The notes beneath the pieces were generated by a model. That model had not been told where the DNA came from. It saw nothing but the letters and a program-made list of their open reading frames with translations, and ran no database searches. DNA of 64,000 bases from Rhizodiscina lignyota. Lineage: Eukaryota. Shown here in pieces: positions 1 through 11,765 of the stretch (positions within the stretch are counted from its first letter, which is position 1; every line of letters begins with the position of its first letter). The stretch spans positions 1,364,001 to 1,428,000 of the forward strand of contig ML978124.1 in the NCBI GenBank assembly GCA_010015805.1, in the 5' to 3' direction. The position numbers and the translations under genes were made by a program.

Positions 1-286
1 AGTTATAAATAGTTGGAGAGCTAATTTAGTCTTTGATGACATCTCGTTGAGCGCAGGTTATAAGAATTAGTTGGCATATTTCACGAGTCGTCTCAATTGA
101 AAAGCCTATGGAGTAATAAGAGCAAACTGGATTATCACCATAAGGTGATATTGATATCATATGTACGGTATATGTAATACGCCTTTGCGCAATTGATATA
201 AACGCCGAGTTCTTATACATACCAACAACGCCCGCTAATGCTTTATCCAAGCCGTAATCAAACAGTCTACAACCCTAATACCCAAC

Positions 287-3172
287 TCACAACCTAACCT
301 TCGCCCCAATTCCCTTTCCCTTAAACCAAATCCCCTCCTCCCACTGGCCCAACTTGACTCCCACATCCGCCATTGCACTCAAATGAAGCTGTCCCCCAAC
401 AGCCTTCCTTATCGCATCATACCCAACACTCCCCAGACTCCACGCCACCGGCAGCCGCGGCGTCTCACTGAACCCCGGCGGCACAGCAAACATGTCCTCG
501 TTCAAGATGCGCCCCACCACATCGCCCTTGTAGAACGCAGTCGCATTCAGGAACGTGACGTACAGCGTATTGTGCAGCAGCGGGCTGGCCAAGGAGAAAA
601 TGGCGGTCGAGGAGAAGAGGTGCATTGTCGCGGAGCGGATGAATTTGCCAGACGAGGCATCTGGGTCGTCCGGGGTGTTCGGATCGGACGGGGTGTGCAA
701 TCGCGGGGCCGCGAAGATGAGCTTGAGCGCCGAGAGCGCCTTTCCCAGCGCAGGCTGGGAAGGAATCGATTCTTCATGCGCGCGCAGACTGAGGGTGGTG
801 TTGAAGCCTGTGGTGTGGACATGGGTGAGTCATCTTCTCGCTCGAGATGTACCTATATCGGGAGCAAGCACCCACCTGACAGGTATTGGGAGATCATCTC
901 CCTGCCGATCGCCCTACCCTTCTCCCCGCTTGCAGATGTGGGATCGTACGTCGCGATCACGGGAACCTTGCTGTTGTTGCCCGGAACAATTGTCACGTCG
1001 CGGACCGTGCCGTGCCCGAGCACGGTATCATTGACCAAAAGGTTAATGTCGATATACGGGACAGTTGCCGAATAATTCGTCGGGTTCGTGAAGTTGACCT
1101 CTGCCCGGATGGTGAGGGAGGTAGGCGTCGTCTGTAGAATGGAAAGATTCCCGATCTGGGGGGCAAGCGCCCCGAACGGATTGCGGCCGCGACCGGGGTT
1201 GCCATTGCCGCCTCGCATCGCTGATATAAACAGCCTGTAGTTAGCTTCTTGTTCGTCCTTTCTGCAGTAACGAATCCGAAAGAAGCCAAAGCTAGACGTT
1301 GGTAAGAAAGCGGTTCATAACCCACGTTTGACGGGGACCACGCCTTCTGCGGGGATTTGCTGCACGCGAATTGTGCCCAAGTCGGTTTCGAGCTCGACGT
1401 CGACGTCAGCCTTGATGGCCAGGAGAATGCCCTTCCCGCCGAAGAGGAGCTTCTGGATGACTTCCGTGAACAGGTCGCTGTTTGTAATCTTGAGTGGGGC
1501 GTCTTCAACTAGTGATTCCACTTCGAGACCGACGGGCTTGCCGTGGATACTGACGCGCGTAGAATTGGCCTGTTGCCATTTATGGAGATCTAGAACGCCA
1601 AGCTTCTTTTTCTCATAGAAGACGTCTGCATTGGCACGGACACGGCTGACATCGACTGGGAAGTTCATCTCTTCTGGTAGATTGATAAGTGCTTTTATCT
1701 TTGCCGATACCTTGGGCTGCGCATCATCGGAATCTGGCTCTGCGAATGGATCAGGCAGCTTGAAATGTACGTCTGTCAAAGAGAAGTTCCGGATTAGGTG
1801 CTCGAAAGTACGCCCAGCAAGCGAGACTGGGACAGTGATATCGGACAGGATTTCCGCGATCCATCTTGGCGTATCTGGCGAAGGCGAATCCGAGCCGCGA
1901 ACGTAGATGGTCGTATCATCTCCGTGGATATAGTTGCCGAGCAGCGCGTCAAGTGGCGACTTTTTCGAATCCGGGCACGCGTTGGTAAGCTCACTTGGTA
2001 GTCTCCTCACACTTCCAGTGACATTGAGTTGGATGTCCTGTTTAGGTTTGATTTGTAGGCGTTCCGTAAGCGCATCCGCAACCATAATGTGTGGATCCGT
2101 GGGCATGCAGTTGTCGACGAGGATTCCGAATCCAAGCGGCGGAATGCTGAGATCAACTGGATAGTCATTCTCCACCAGCACGGAAACATCAACAGCGAGG
2201 CCTTTATCACCATCCGGCATTTCGAGCTGGTGGACATTTAGTCTGGAAATTTCGTAGTGTGGTAGCTTAGGAACTTGAGAATCTGTTTTTTGTAGTGGGC
2301 AACTGTTAGCATTGGCAAAGGCGTTCGTCTACACCAGGTCATCTCGACATACCGTCAATGAGTATCGTATGCGTTATTGTTTGCTTTGTGAGGTGCAGTA
2401 TGCCAGATTGTAATGAAACCTGGGCCTTTCCTCGTACTCTTAGTTGTCCAAGTCTTCCTCTCATCCATTCGTCTGCAAGTTGTCTAATGCCATCTGGAGG
2501 GCCTGGAACTAGCTCCGCAAGAAAGTCGATGGGTGTAACGTGGCCATCACGAATACTGACTTTAATCGATGGGACTTTGGCGGTTCCAAGCACAACGTTG
2601 CCATACTCTGGCAGATATACCTCCACATCAGTCTCACTGGTCTCCACCTCCCTCGCAATCCAGGTACCGAATCTTCCTAAATCCCGAACAGACTTTCTTG
2701 ACACTCGCGATCCGTCAAGTCTGAATTTCCCTTCTACTCTTGTCTGTACGCCATTCGATGTGAAGTCGGGTATCGATATGCTGGTCGGTTCAAAGACAAC
2801 AGCCTCCTTGACATACTCTTCAATGATCTCGGGCGTCATGAAACCAAGCAGCATTATGAGCACTATCGCAACGCATAGAAGGAGTAAAGCCAGAAGACTC
2901 GGCCACCTCCTGCCTTTGCCACCATCTTTCTTTGGTGCCGTGAGAGTCTGAATGGAGCGGAGGAGTGACGAAGCTGCGCGAGACTGAGGACGACTGCTCT
3001 CTTCATTGTCCGGTCTCGACCTGTCGTTCTCCGGCAGCAGAGGAGTTTCTTCATTTGTCTCGTCATCGTCAGAGCGCCGTGGCCTGCGGTTCGAACTGCG
3101 GGATTTCGTCGACTCTGGGCGGGAAGTAGGCGTGGCGGAGGAGCCCCAGGCTTGAGTGCTGGAATCGGCCAT
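287..3172 (-). CDS. Single-pass membrane protein, Tag1/DUF3712-like (often annotated 'pre-rRNA processing protein' in moulds); multi-exon
   Basis: ATG 3172 (MADSSTQAWG). Disordered N-terminus with ETPLL dileucine-like motif, one TM (RRWPSLLALLLLCVAIVLIMLLGF), then long beta-rich repeats. ORFs 2339-3658, 1315-2220, 853-1218 and 287-700 join via GT-AG introns and end in GIGAKVRL. Confidence 0.75.
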
Positions 3173-3404
3173 GACTATGGTGTGAGTGATGCGATTAACA
3201 GTCGTGAGAACAAAGCATGATAAGAGAGCAAACGAGAGACTTGAGATGCGGTAGTGGTGATTGCGTAGTGTTGTTGAGGAGGATGTCTGGTGCTTGAGAC
3301 GCCTGCCCTGCTGCGGCCTGAGTCGAGAAGCTGCAGGGGCGGGCTGTGACATCGATGGTTGGCTCCCCGCTTTCTGCACCAAAGAAAATCTCCAGGCGCG
3401 CGAA

Positions 3405-3459
3405 TGACTCCAAAATTTTAGTTGCACCGCGCATAAGAGCTCGACTGTGCAATTGACTC
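3405..3459. promoter_or_regulatory. Two TGACTC cores (candidate Gcn4/CpcA elements) upstream of ARG3
   Basis: TGACTC at 3405-3410 and 3454-3459 in the 352-bp divergent promoter. Confidence 0.4.
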
Positions 3460-3524
3460 TTGGACATGTTCCCTCCGTGAGGTGCCATTGCATTGAATCT
3501 ATGATAATTTCAATTGCTGTCAAA

Positions 3525-4769
3525 ATGCCTCCTTTTCGTCCCGTAACTAGCACTTTAAGGAGCTTCTCTAGAGCTTCATCTCGTGCATATTCGTCTCCTG
3601 CAACTCCAGCTACCTCTCCTTTTGCCCCTCGACATCTCCTTTCAATTGCAGACCTCACACCTTCTGAGCTTTCTACCTTGGTCCGGAATGCTGCGAGTCA
3701 TAAGCAATCGATCAAGTCCGGGCAAACGCCCAAAAACATTGCTGGAGCGTTGACCGGCAAGACCGTCGCCATCACATTCAACAAGCGTAGCACGCGGACA
3801 CGAATATCGACAGAGGGTGCGGTAGTAGCGATGGGAGGACATCCAATGTTCCTTGGAAAAGATGATATACAGTTAGGAGTGCGTCATATTCTTCTCCCAT
3901 TGTAGTGAACCTCAATTGCTTCCATTTCTATTCCTATATCCAGGTAGTCTACCAGCTTCAGCTAATAATGCCCCCAAAAGGTCAACGAGTCCCTATACGA
4001 CACAGCAGTCGTACTCTCCTCAATGTCTTCCGCCCTCGTCGCTCGCGTGGGCCCACATTCAGATGTAGCAGATCTCGCGAAGCACTCCACCGTACCAGTC
4101 ATCAACGCCCTATCGGACCTGTACCACCCGCTGCAAACCATCGCAGACTACCTCACCCTCTACGAAGCATCGACCTCGTCCTCATCTTCCTCTTCCTCGT
4201 CTGCAGGCTTGGGTCTCGAAGGCCTGAAGGTCGCGTGGGTCGGCGACGCCAACAACGTGTTGTTTGACTTGGCTATCGGTGCTATGAAGCTGGGTGTCGA
4301 GATTGCTGTTGCCACGCCTAATGGATATGAAATCCCCGGGTCTATGCGCCAGATCATCCAAAGTGCTACTTCTGATTCACCTTCACCGGGCAGGTTATCA
4401 GAGACCCAAGTTCCAGAGGAAGCTGTGAAGGACGCGGATATCATAGTCACAGACACGTGGGTATCAATGGGTCAGGAAGAAGAGGCCAAGAAGCGCATGA
4501 AGGCATTCACGGGCTACCAAGTGACAAACGAGATGGCGAAGAGAGGTGGCGCCAAAGAAGGATGGAAGTTTATGCATTGCTTACCACGACATCCTGAAGA
4601 GGTTAGCGATGAAGTATTTTACGGGCCGCGCAGTCTCGTCTTTCAAGAAGCAGAAAATCGATTGTGGTCTGCCATTGGTAAGCTACACTAGTTCGAATCC
4701 TCGGTCCAAGCTAACATCTCTACAGCGGCGATGGAAGGATTTGTTGTGAATAAAGGCAAGATTGAGTAA
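3525..4769 (+). CDS. ARG3: Ornithine carbamoyltransferase (mitochondrial presequence)
   Basis: Motifs RHLLSIADL, KRSTRTR, HPLQ, DTWVSMG, FMHCLP, QEAENRLW. Introns 3879-3980 and 4678-4725; stop TAA 4767-4769. Confidence 0.96.
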
Positions 4770-4879
4770 CTGCAGAGCAATGGAATCCCAAAGGCGTAAA
4801 AGGACGTAGGTAAAGGTGGTCAATTGCTGACGTGGCGTTGTATCTACAACAGAATACCCCCTATGCAAGTGCTGAGATT

Positions 4880-5984
4880 TCAACCTGGCGGAAGGTGACT
4901 TTGGTCCACAACGTCTTGTGCATCCTTCTCCTCAACCTCATTTGGTCCATGCAGTGGTGAACGTGGCAACGCCATGAGACCTGTAATCCATTAATTGAAA
5001 TCCTATCAACAGTAGCAATTGGCTGTAAAGAGCGTGGAGATTAGACTTACCAGTCCTAGCACTCTCCAATATCCCAAACGGCGAGAGCAGCTTCATAAAG
5101 CTGTCAATCCTCACGCTCTTCGCTGACAACTCCACAATGCAGTTATTTGTGCTAATGTCCAGCACTTTCCCACCGAATTGATGTGTCAGATGTGTGATGG
5201 CCTCTAAATGTTCATGCTTGTGTCGCAATGCCTGACTTGCTGCCAATCTGCTTGGGTGGTAGTCTCTCCGCAAGGACTCCAACGCCTTTATTGCCGCCTC
5301 TTCCTCAATTTGCTGAATGGTCAGTTGCCCTGCTGATGCATCTGCTGACTCGTCCAATGATTCTGCATTTGGCAGTGAACCTGGAGTAGATGCTCCAACC
5401 GTCATCTCGCGGTGATGCGCCAGAAGCTCCTCGAAGTATTCAGGACCCAGGATGGACACCTTCGCTAGCAATAGCTCTCTCTGTACGAGCGGCGCACCAG
5501 TATAGTCCAACACGGCCCAGACGGGTACGAGATCCTCCAGCTGCCGTCTCGCCTGCTCGACCACGCCATCTTGTCCTTGAAGCACGATGGTCATGCGGGA
5601 GAGGTCCTCTACCTCTGTATTGCATACAACGAGTGAGTCGATATTGAATCCTCTCGCCGCAAGAATGCCAGACACGCGGGAAAGCACACCAGGCTCATTT
5701 TGTACGAGACAGTTGAGAATATGTCTCTTCGGAGGAGCTTGCGAAGGTAAGGGAGTCTCGTAAAGAATAGAGGACACAGCAGCAGGAGCAGACCATGAAG
5801 GAGCAGAGTCGTCGTTTGTAGGCAGAGCACCGATACGGCGATGCAGTGCCTTGTAGGCGAGTGCGGAGGTGGAGGAGTTGCTGGAGAGGCGGGTCTGGTG
5901 GAGGAGCGGTATGGAGCGCTGAAGCTTAGTTGGAGAGAAGGAGGAGCGGATTGGCAGAGCGGAGAGCGCTCGCCGGGCCGCCAT
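4880..5984 (-). CDS. ILV6: Acetolactate synthase small (regulatory) subunit
   Basis: ACT domain HILNCLVQNEPGVLSRVSGILAARGFNIDSLVV. Intron 4981-5050; last exon LMALPRSPL...HLPPG*. Confidence 0.96.
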
Positions 5985-6332
5985 AGCTTGATAGGGCCTT
6001 TGGTTAGCTCAATTGATAGATATAAAAGCTATAAAGAAGCCGTTTGAAGACAGAGAGCTGGACGAGCTGATGACTCCGCAATAATTTTGAGCACATGGGG
6101 GAGACGTGCACGGACGGATCCTTGCAGGGATTCTCAAGCTCGGCCGTCGGGGACCCGGATGATCTTCGGCCCGCTGGCACTAACTGGATTGGTTTTTGAA
6201 TCAACTGCCAGCAGCTTCTTCTTCAATCAACAAACACGCCGCCAGGAGCCGCGGCGCCCGACAAGCATCGAGGCTTCGATCATCACCTTTCTGGCTCCTC
6301 TACTTACTTTCAGATCTTGACAAGACTTCAAC

Positions 6333-8273
6333 ATGTCCGAGGAACCGCGCCGCAAGTCGCGCTTCGACCAGCGCGCGCCGCCCGAGCCCGTGCCGCGAGG
6401 AGCTCGATTCGACCGCCGCTCTCGATCTCCTTCCTCTCGACAGAACGAGTCTCGTCGTAGCCGAAGCCCGTGGCCTCGCGATTCCTCAAGCCCTGCGAAC
6501 CCAGATCCGACGGTAGCAGCCGCCGCAGCAGCGGCCAAGATTAACGCGGAACTGCAAAAGAAGAGGGGCATTCAGCATGTAGACGTGCCTCCCATTCGCT
6601 CTGTTAGAAATACCTCACGCACAACAGGAAGTTGAAGTCGCTAACGAGAACGAGAGTGCTACTCCCGGTGCGTCCAAATCCCCGTCTGAGGACCCCGGTA
6701 AGGGCGAGGTTTACACTCAAGACGGCGATTACATGAAGGACATTGAGATCAACGATCTCCGCAACCGCTACATGCTGACCAAAGGCGCAACGCAAAAAAT
6801 GGTAAATACATCTGTCATAGCCCACTGATACTCTCAGGACAAAGCCGCGCGTTTTCAAAGGCTTGACGCCGCTACCTTTTCCTTACCTGTCTCTGTAGTG
6901 TGTGGAGAGTTGAAGCTTACACATAGTGTTTCAGCCGTTCACGGTACACCATTTGCATCAGCTGACCTTACTTGTGTGACATCTAGATCAAAGAACAAAC
7001 TGGCGCCGGTACGCTACTATCCTAACGCAATATACAACGTTTCATAGGGAATATGACCCGCTGATCGCTTGTCAAAGATGTCACTACTCGAGGCTCGTAC
7101 TGGCCGGATAAGTCGATGGCTAATTCAGCTGTACGTGAAGATTTGGATTCACTCTTTGTTATGTTACTAATTCTGGATTAGAATCCCCCGCTCTACCTTC
7201 ACGTCACCAGCACGACCAAGGAAGGTCTCGACAAGGCCATTGCTCAGATCGAGGAGCTCAAGAACCAAGAGCTCCCAAACCTTGTGGATGAACGTCGCTT
7301 CCGCCGTCGTGAGCCGGAACCATTTGAGCGAGACGAGCTTGGCCGAGTAAATTGGTAAAGCCCTGGTGTCATATAAGTTGCTGACCCCTCTATAGCGCAA
7401 GTGGCCGGAGGAGCGTATTCCGATCGACCTTGAGCCAATCCCTGGCTTCAATCTGCGTGCCCAAGTTGTCGGCCATCAGGGAACATACGTCAAGCATATT
7501 CAGCAGGAGACGAAGTGCCGAGTTCAGATCAAGGGACGAGGCTCTGGCTTCATCGAGAACAGCACTCAACGTGAATCTGATGAGCCGATGTACTTGCATG
7601 TTGCGTAGGTTATCCTCCATCCTTTCTACTGCATCATACGTGCAGCACCTGCTTACATTATCACAGTGGACCTGATCCAGACATGGTGGCGGAAGCTAAG
7701 CAGCTGTGCGAGAGCCTTCTCGAATCCGTTCGCGGTCGCTACGAGGAGTTCAAGGAGCGTGGCCCTCAGGAGCGCTACGGCGGTGGAGGCAACCACTACG
7801 GCAACGGCAATCGCGGAGATCGTCAAAGCTATCGTGGCGATCGTGGAGGCTATGGAGGAGACCGTGGAAGTTACAGTGCTGGCGGATATGGAGGTCAAGG
7901 AAGTCCCGACGGCTACGGTACTCAGGGTGATTACGCTCAAGTAAGTCCAACTGGCGCCGTCCATCCCGGACCAGATCCCAGCCAAGGTCAAGCACAAGGA
8001 CAAGAAGATTACGGAGCACAGTGGGCCGCGTACTACGCAGCGAATCCCGGAAGTGACCCGTATGCAATGTACGGCGGCTATCAGAACTACGTGGCGTGGT
8101 ACCAGCAGCAGTACTACCAGCAAGGAGTGCAGGGCGGACAGCAGAGCCCTCCTGCTGCAGGTGGTGTCCCGCCACCACCGCCGAGCGAGGCTCCTCCACC
8201 GCCTCCGCCTCCGCCACCGCCTGGATCTGCGTCTGGCTCATACAACGCTGTGCCGCCGCCACCGGGCATGTAA
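6333..8273 (+). CDS. KH-domain RNA-binding protein, KHDC4/BLOM7-like (splicing-associated); about 7 exons
   Basis: RS-rich N-terminus, DIEINDLRNRYMLTKGATQKM, IKEQTGA-DVTTRGSYWPDKS, NPPLYLHV, FNLRAQVVGHQG...IKGRGSGF...EPMYLHV, Gly/Tyr/Pro-rich tail. Introns include 6603-6654, 6802-6986, 7009-7077, 7131-7181. Confidence 0.85.
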
Positions 8274-8796
8274 GTGACTGCTTCATGAGTCGTAAATGGG
8301 GATTACAGGCATTTTGGCTAGGATGACATTAGCCATCCATTGGGAAATCAGGGTGCCAACAAGACTGTGCTTTTAGTTTGACTTTACTTCACTTTGACGG
8401 CCATAGTGATATCAATAAGTATAATACAATCAGTGGCTCAACTCTCAATCTTCTTATTATTCAAGCAACACGGCCAATTGAGTACGACGTTTGTCATTCT
8501 TGGGGACTCAGGTACAAACCAAGACTGCTTTAGGTTCACTTCTTCAGGGTCGATAGGCCCGTTTGATAAGCTACACAGGCATCGGAAAGGCCACGGCGGT
8601 GCTGTGGTCATGAACACGACAGAAATTGTCATAGCTAGGTGTGCAGAGACGAGTGGGCTCTGTGTATGATGTGATGGATGCTCAGTGATCACGGGACGTG
8701 GGGTGATTAACCACCGCTGTTTGCCTTAGTATAGACGACGCGTCTCGTCGCTTTACTCACACATTTAGTCTAGCAGACGGATAAGTCTAGAATATC

Positions 8797-9016
8797 GCTA
8801 AGTTTCTAGCTCGCTAAGGAGACTCTAGCAATAATCTAATGGGTCTCGATGGTCACGGAGCAAGACGACCTCGTCACGTAACGTTTGCCTTGGCAGTGAA
8901 AACACCTTTCGTCGCTTCTCTTAGAGAGTTGATCTTATAAGCAGAAACGCCCCAGATCTTGCTAAGTTTCTAGCTCAGTAAGGAAACTCTAGCTATAATC
9001 CCACTGATGCTCGATG
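8797..9016. repeat. Imperfect direct repeat, 2 copies of ~55 bp, 164 bp apart
   Basis: Identical GCTAAGTTTCTAGCTC at 8797 and 8961, followed by similar TAAGGA(G/A)ACTCTAGC(A/T)ATAATC. Confidence 0.75.
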
Positions 9017-9235
9017 ACGGCGGAAGGAAGGAAAGAGAGGGTGTAATCAACCCCATGAACCATGCTCCCGCAACAGGAGAGTGAGCGGCTAGAGTTCTTG
9101 GACGGGATGATATTTGACGTTCGAAGATGTGTGAAGGAGGATCACGATACACGCGGTATCAAGCGAGTGTATGTTCGGCGTTACAATCGTTGGAGAGTGA
9201 AGAGATCGGAAACATTTATAGAAGACGATAGAGTA

Positions 9236-11002
9236 TCAATAGCCCAACGCCGCGGTCCCGATGTGTGACTCTGAGGGCCGAAATACCGTAGATCGCTCCA
9301 AAGAAACATTGTCCGAAACTAGAGCTACGCCCCTATTGCCTCCTGGTTCCAATGCAATAGCAGGCCGAGAACCGAAACATTTCTCTCGAACCCGCTCGCC
9401 GGACCGCAACGCTTGATCAGGGCGCACATCTTCGGCGCGACTGTCCTTTGAGGCTTCATAAACCCTCAACAGATTCTCTGCATGAATTTCCATCGACGTA
9501 ACAACAAAGGGACTGCTTGGGCGCCTTATGGCAGAGCTGTGCCAAAACACCCAGCCGAAGCCGGTGCTGGGGTGGCCAGAAATGACCGCAAATCGTCGCT
9601 TAATAGACTAGTTTGAACTTTATCATATCTGTCCGTGTAAAGGATATCGAGAAAGAAAACCATGGCGCGAGTTATCCAAGATGGTATCCTTTCGTCCTGA
9701 GTCCTTGCTTCTCTTCTGAAGACGGACGATAGAACTTCGTACCCTTGGTCAAGCTTCACACACGCGCGTGCGAATTCCCAGTATATGTCATGGGCAGGCT
9801 GAGCATAATTCAGTTGTAGGACAGACCGTTCCTCTGCAATTGCAATCAAAGCGATGATCTGGTCGCGACCATCCGAGCAATTTGCAGTGTGGAACTTATC
9901 AAGGAGCTTCAGGATCGGGTTGGAGCGTCGTCCGAGCTCAAATGTAGAGTACGCTTGATCAATAAGTGCTGCTCTATCTTGGCTCCTCTGGCGGACCAAG
10001 CGCAAGCTGGCTCCGAAGGTAGTCCAGTTCATTTTTAAATGGCCGCAGTGTATCACGGCATCTTGACTGAATGCCACCTCTTGCAACATCTCCTAGTGAA
10101 CCAAGCTACATTAAGGAGACAATCGAGTTCGCCGGCATTTACCTCCTCAAACCTGGATGTCACAGAATTTCGGTATTACCGCTGCAGATTCATACTGGGT
10201 CCCGTGAGTTCTTCAGATTCCGTGAACAATGTTGAAGTATGTTCCGTCTGCTCTCCCAGCCAGATATGGACCCTTTTCGCCCATACAGAGCACTTGCACT
10301 CCTTTCTCCCTCTCATCCCTCAGACATAGCCGACTGAAACCGGGCAAATTGATTCAGGAGGTTGCACTAATGAAATGATATAATATTCCCCAAAAAAAAA
10401 AGAGAGGGAAGAAAAAAAATCGAAGAATTTAATGGTCAGTACGGGGGTCGAACCCGCGGCCTTGGCGTTATTAGCACCACGCTCTAACCAACTGAGCTAA
10501 CCGACCCGTGTGTCGATGGGTGGCTGAAACAGTTTATGTTATATATAGCATGACTACTATCCGCACTAAGATCGGATTATCTCTCCTTGAGCGGTCACGT
10601 GGGTGACGAAATTGATGAGTCAATTCTATTTTGTCAAGCATAACGCTCAAGCTACAACGAATATTAAAATTTACAAAATTGAACAAAAAAATAGTTTAGG
10701 TTCTCCTTATTTCAAATACCTACTTAGAAAATAAAATAAGCGTTGTTTGTAAGGATATATTATCGTGCAAAAAGTGAGCGCATTGGCGGCCTTCTAATTA
10801 GAGAAGTTGGGCTGTCCCAGGCATACGATACGGCTTCGTAGCGCCCACGACGCTGCCTTAAAGCACTTCGTTCCCTGTGTACAATCTTGCATCGTAGAGG
10901 GTCCGAGAAGCCAGCCGCCGGTTCGAGGACGAGCAGTCGTACGGAGTCGTCCATCTCCAAAGGCCGATAATGGTAGAGACGGCTGAGCGATGGATCATCC
11001 AT
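9236..11002 (-). pseudogene. HET (heterokaryon incompatibility, HET-6-like) domain pseudogene, split
   Basis: YHYRPLE..SVRLLVLEP...YEAVSYAW (11002-10810). Resumes near 10330 with LCL-RDEREKGVQVLCMGE, KRVHIWLG, WFTRR, then LQEVAFS and CSDGRDQIIAL. Contains frameshifts, a stop and missing core codons. Confidence 0.8.
10433..10506 (-). tRNA. tRNA-Ile(AAT), intronless
   Basis: Reverse complement GGTCGGTTAGCTCAGTTGGTTAGAGCGTGGTGCTAATAACGCCAAGGCCGCGGGTTCGACCCCCGTACTGACCA folds as a cloverleaf with anticodon AAT. T-run Pol III terminator at about 10412-10419. Confidence 0.96.
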
Positions 11003-11765
11003 GTAGGGAAGTGTGCGTCCAGGCCAGCGCAAAGCATCGCAGCTGTGGCTGAAAACGCTTCAGCAGCGAAGAGTGGCATGTTCAGCCTTGCGTCTGCTTC
11101 CATCTTGTCGTAGGCAGGCGACGAATAGGATAGCTGCTGCACTCCGATGTACTAGCTAGAATGAATCCAGGCACTGCCTCAGCGACATCCCTGAACATGT
11201 CGCCTCTTTGTTTGCTTGTCGTTGAGACACTATGTCTCCATACTTGGAAAAGGCGTCTCTATGCTTGAGAGGCATCAGCATCTGTCTAACATCTGTCGTG
11301 TTGTGCCGACAAGTTTGCGCACAGAGCATGTTCCGCAGAGTGAAACTGCTTCTTTCAAGTTCGCTTTAAAATAAATACGCGAAATTGAATGAAGAAAGTG
11401 GAGTGGATAAGCCAGTAGAACTCGAAGGCTGGTATGAGCTCATGAAAAGAAAGCGGACTGAGTAAATGAGCTTAACGTCCGTGAACGGTGCGAGGGCGGG
11501 AGAGAAGGTAGTACAGCTCTGCAAGCAAGACGAAGGTAATAGAACAAGGATATCTCAATTAAAGGTGCAAAAAATTTAACAGTATGCTTCAGTCATAAAC
11601 ATTCCAAACGAGGTAGAACTAGACCTTCACGCGGTAAGCCCGAACGGATCAAATCATTCGAGGCAGCGCTCAGCCTACCTAGGTAGCGGCTTCGGTGTAT
11701 AGAGTTCAGAATTATCAGGGCAGACAAGTTTTGCAACGGTATGCCATTGCCCTATATGCTCTAAA

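Noticed and set aside
1..286. AT/TpA-rich start of the window as a transposon relic
   Set aside because: Too short and truncated; no TE motif or terminal repeat visible.
3173..3658. N-terminal extension of the Tag1-like ORF overlapping ARG3
   Set aside because: Non-ATG start, runs through the divergent promoter, and shows no recognisable protein features.
4170..4203. Poly-Ser insertion in ARG3
   Set aside because: Low-complexity expansion in a variable loop before the xGLKVAWVGD motif; common.
4938..5050. Alternative ILV6 C-terminus from the ORF track
   Set aside because: Read-through into a canonical intron; splicing gives the conserved LMALPR...LPPG end.
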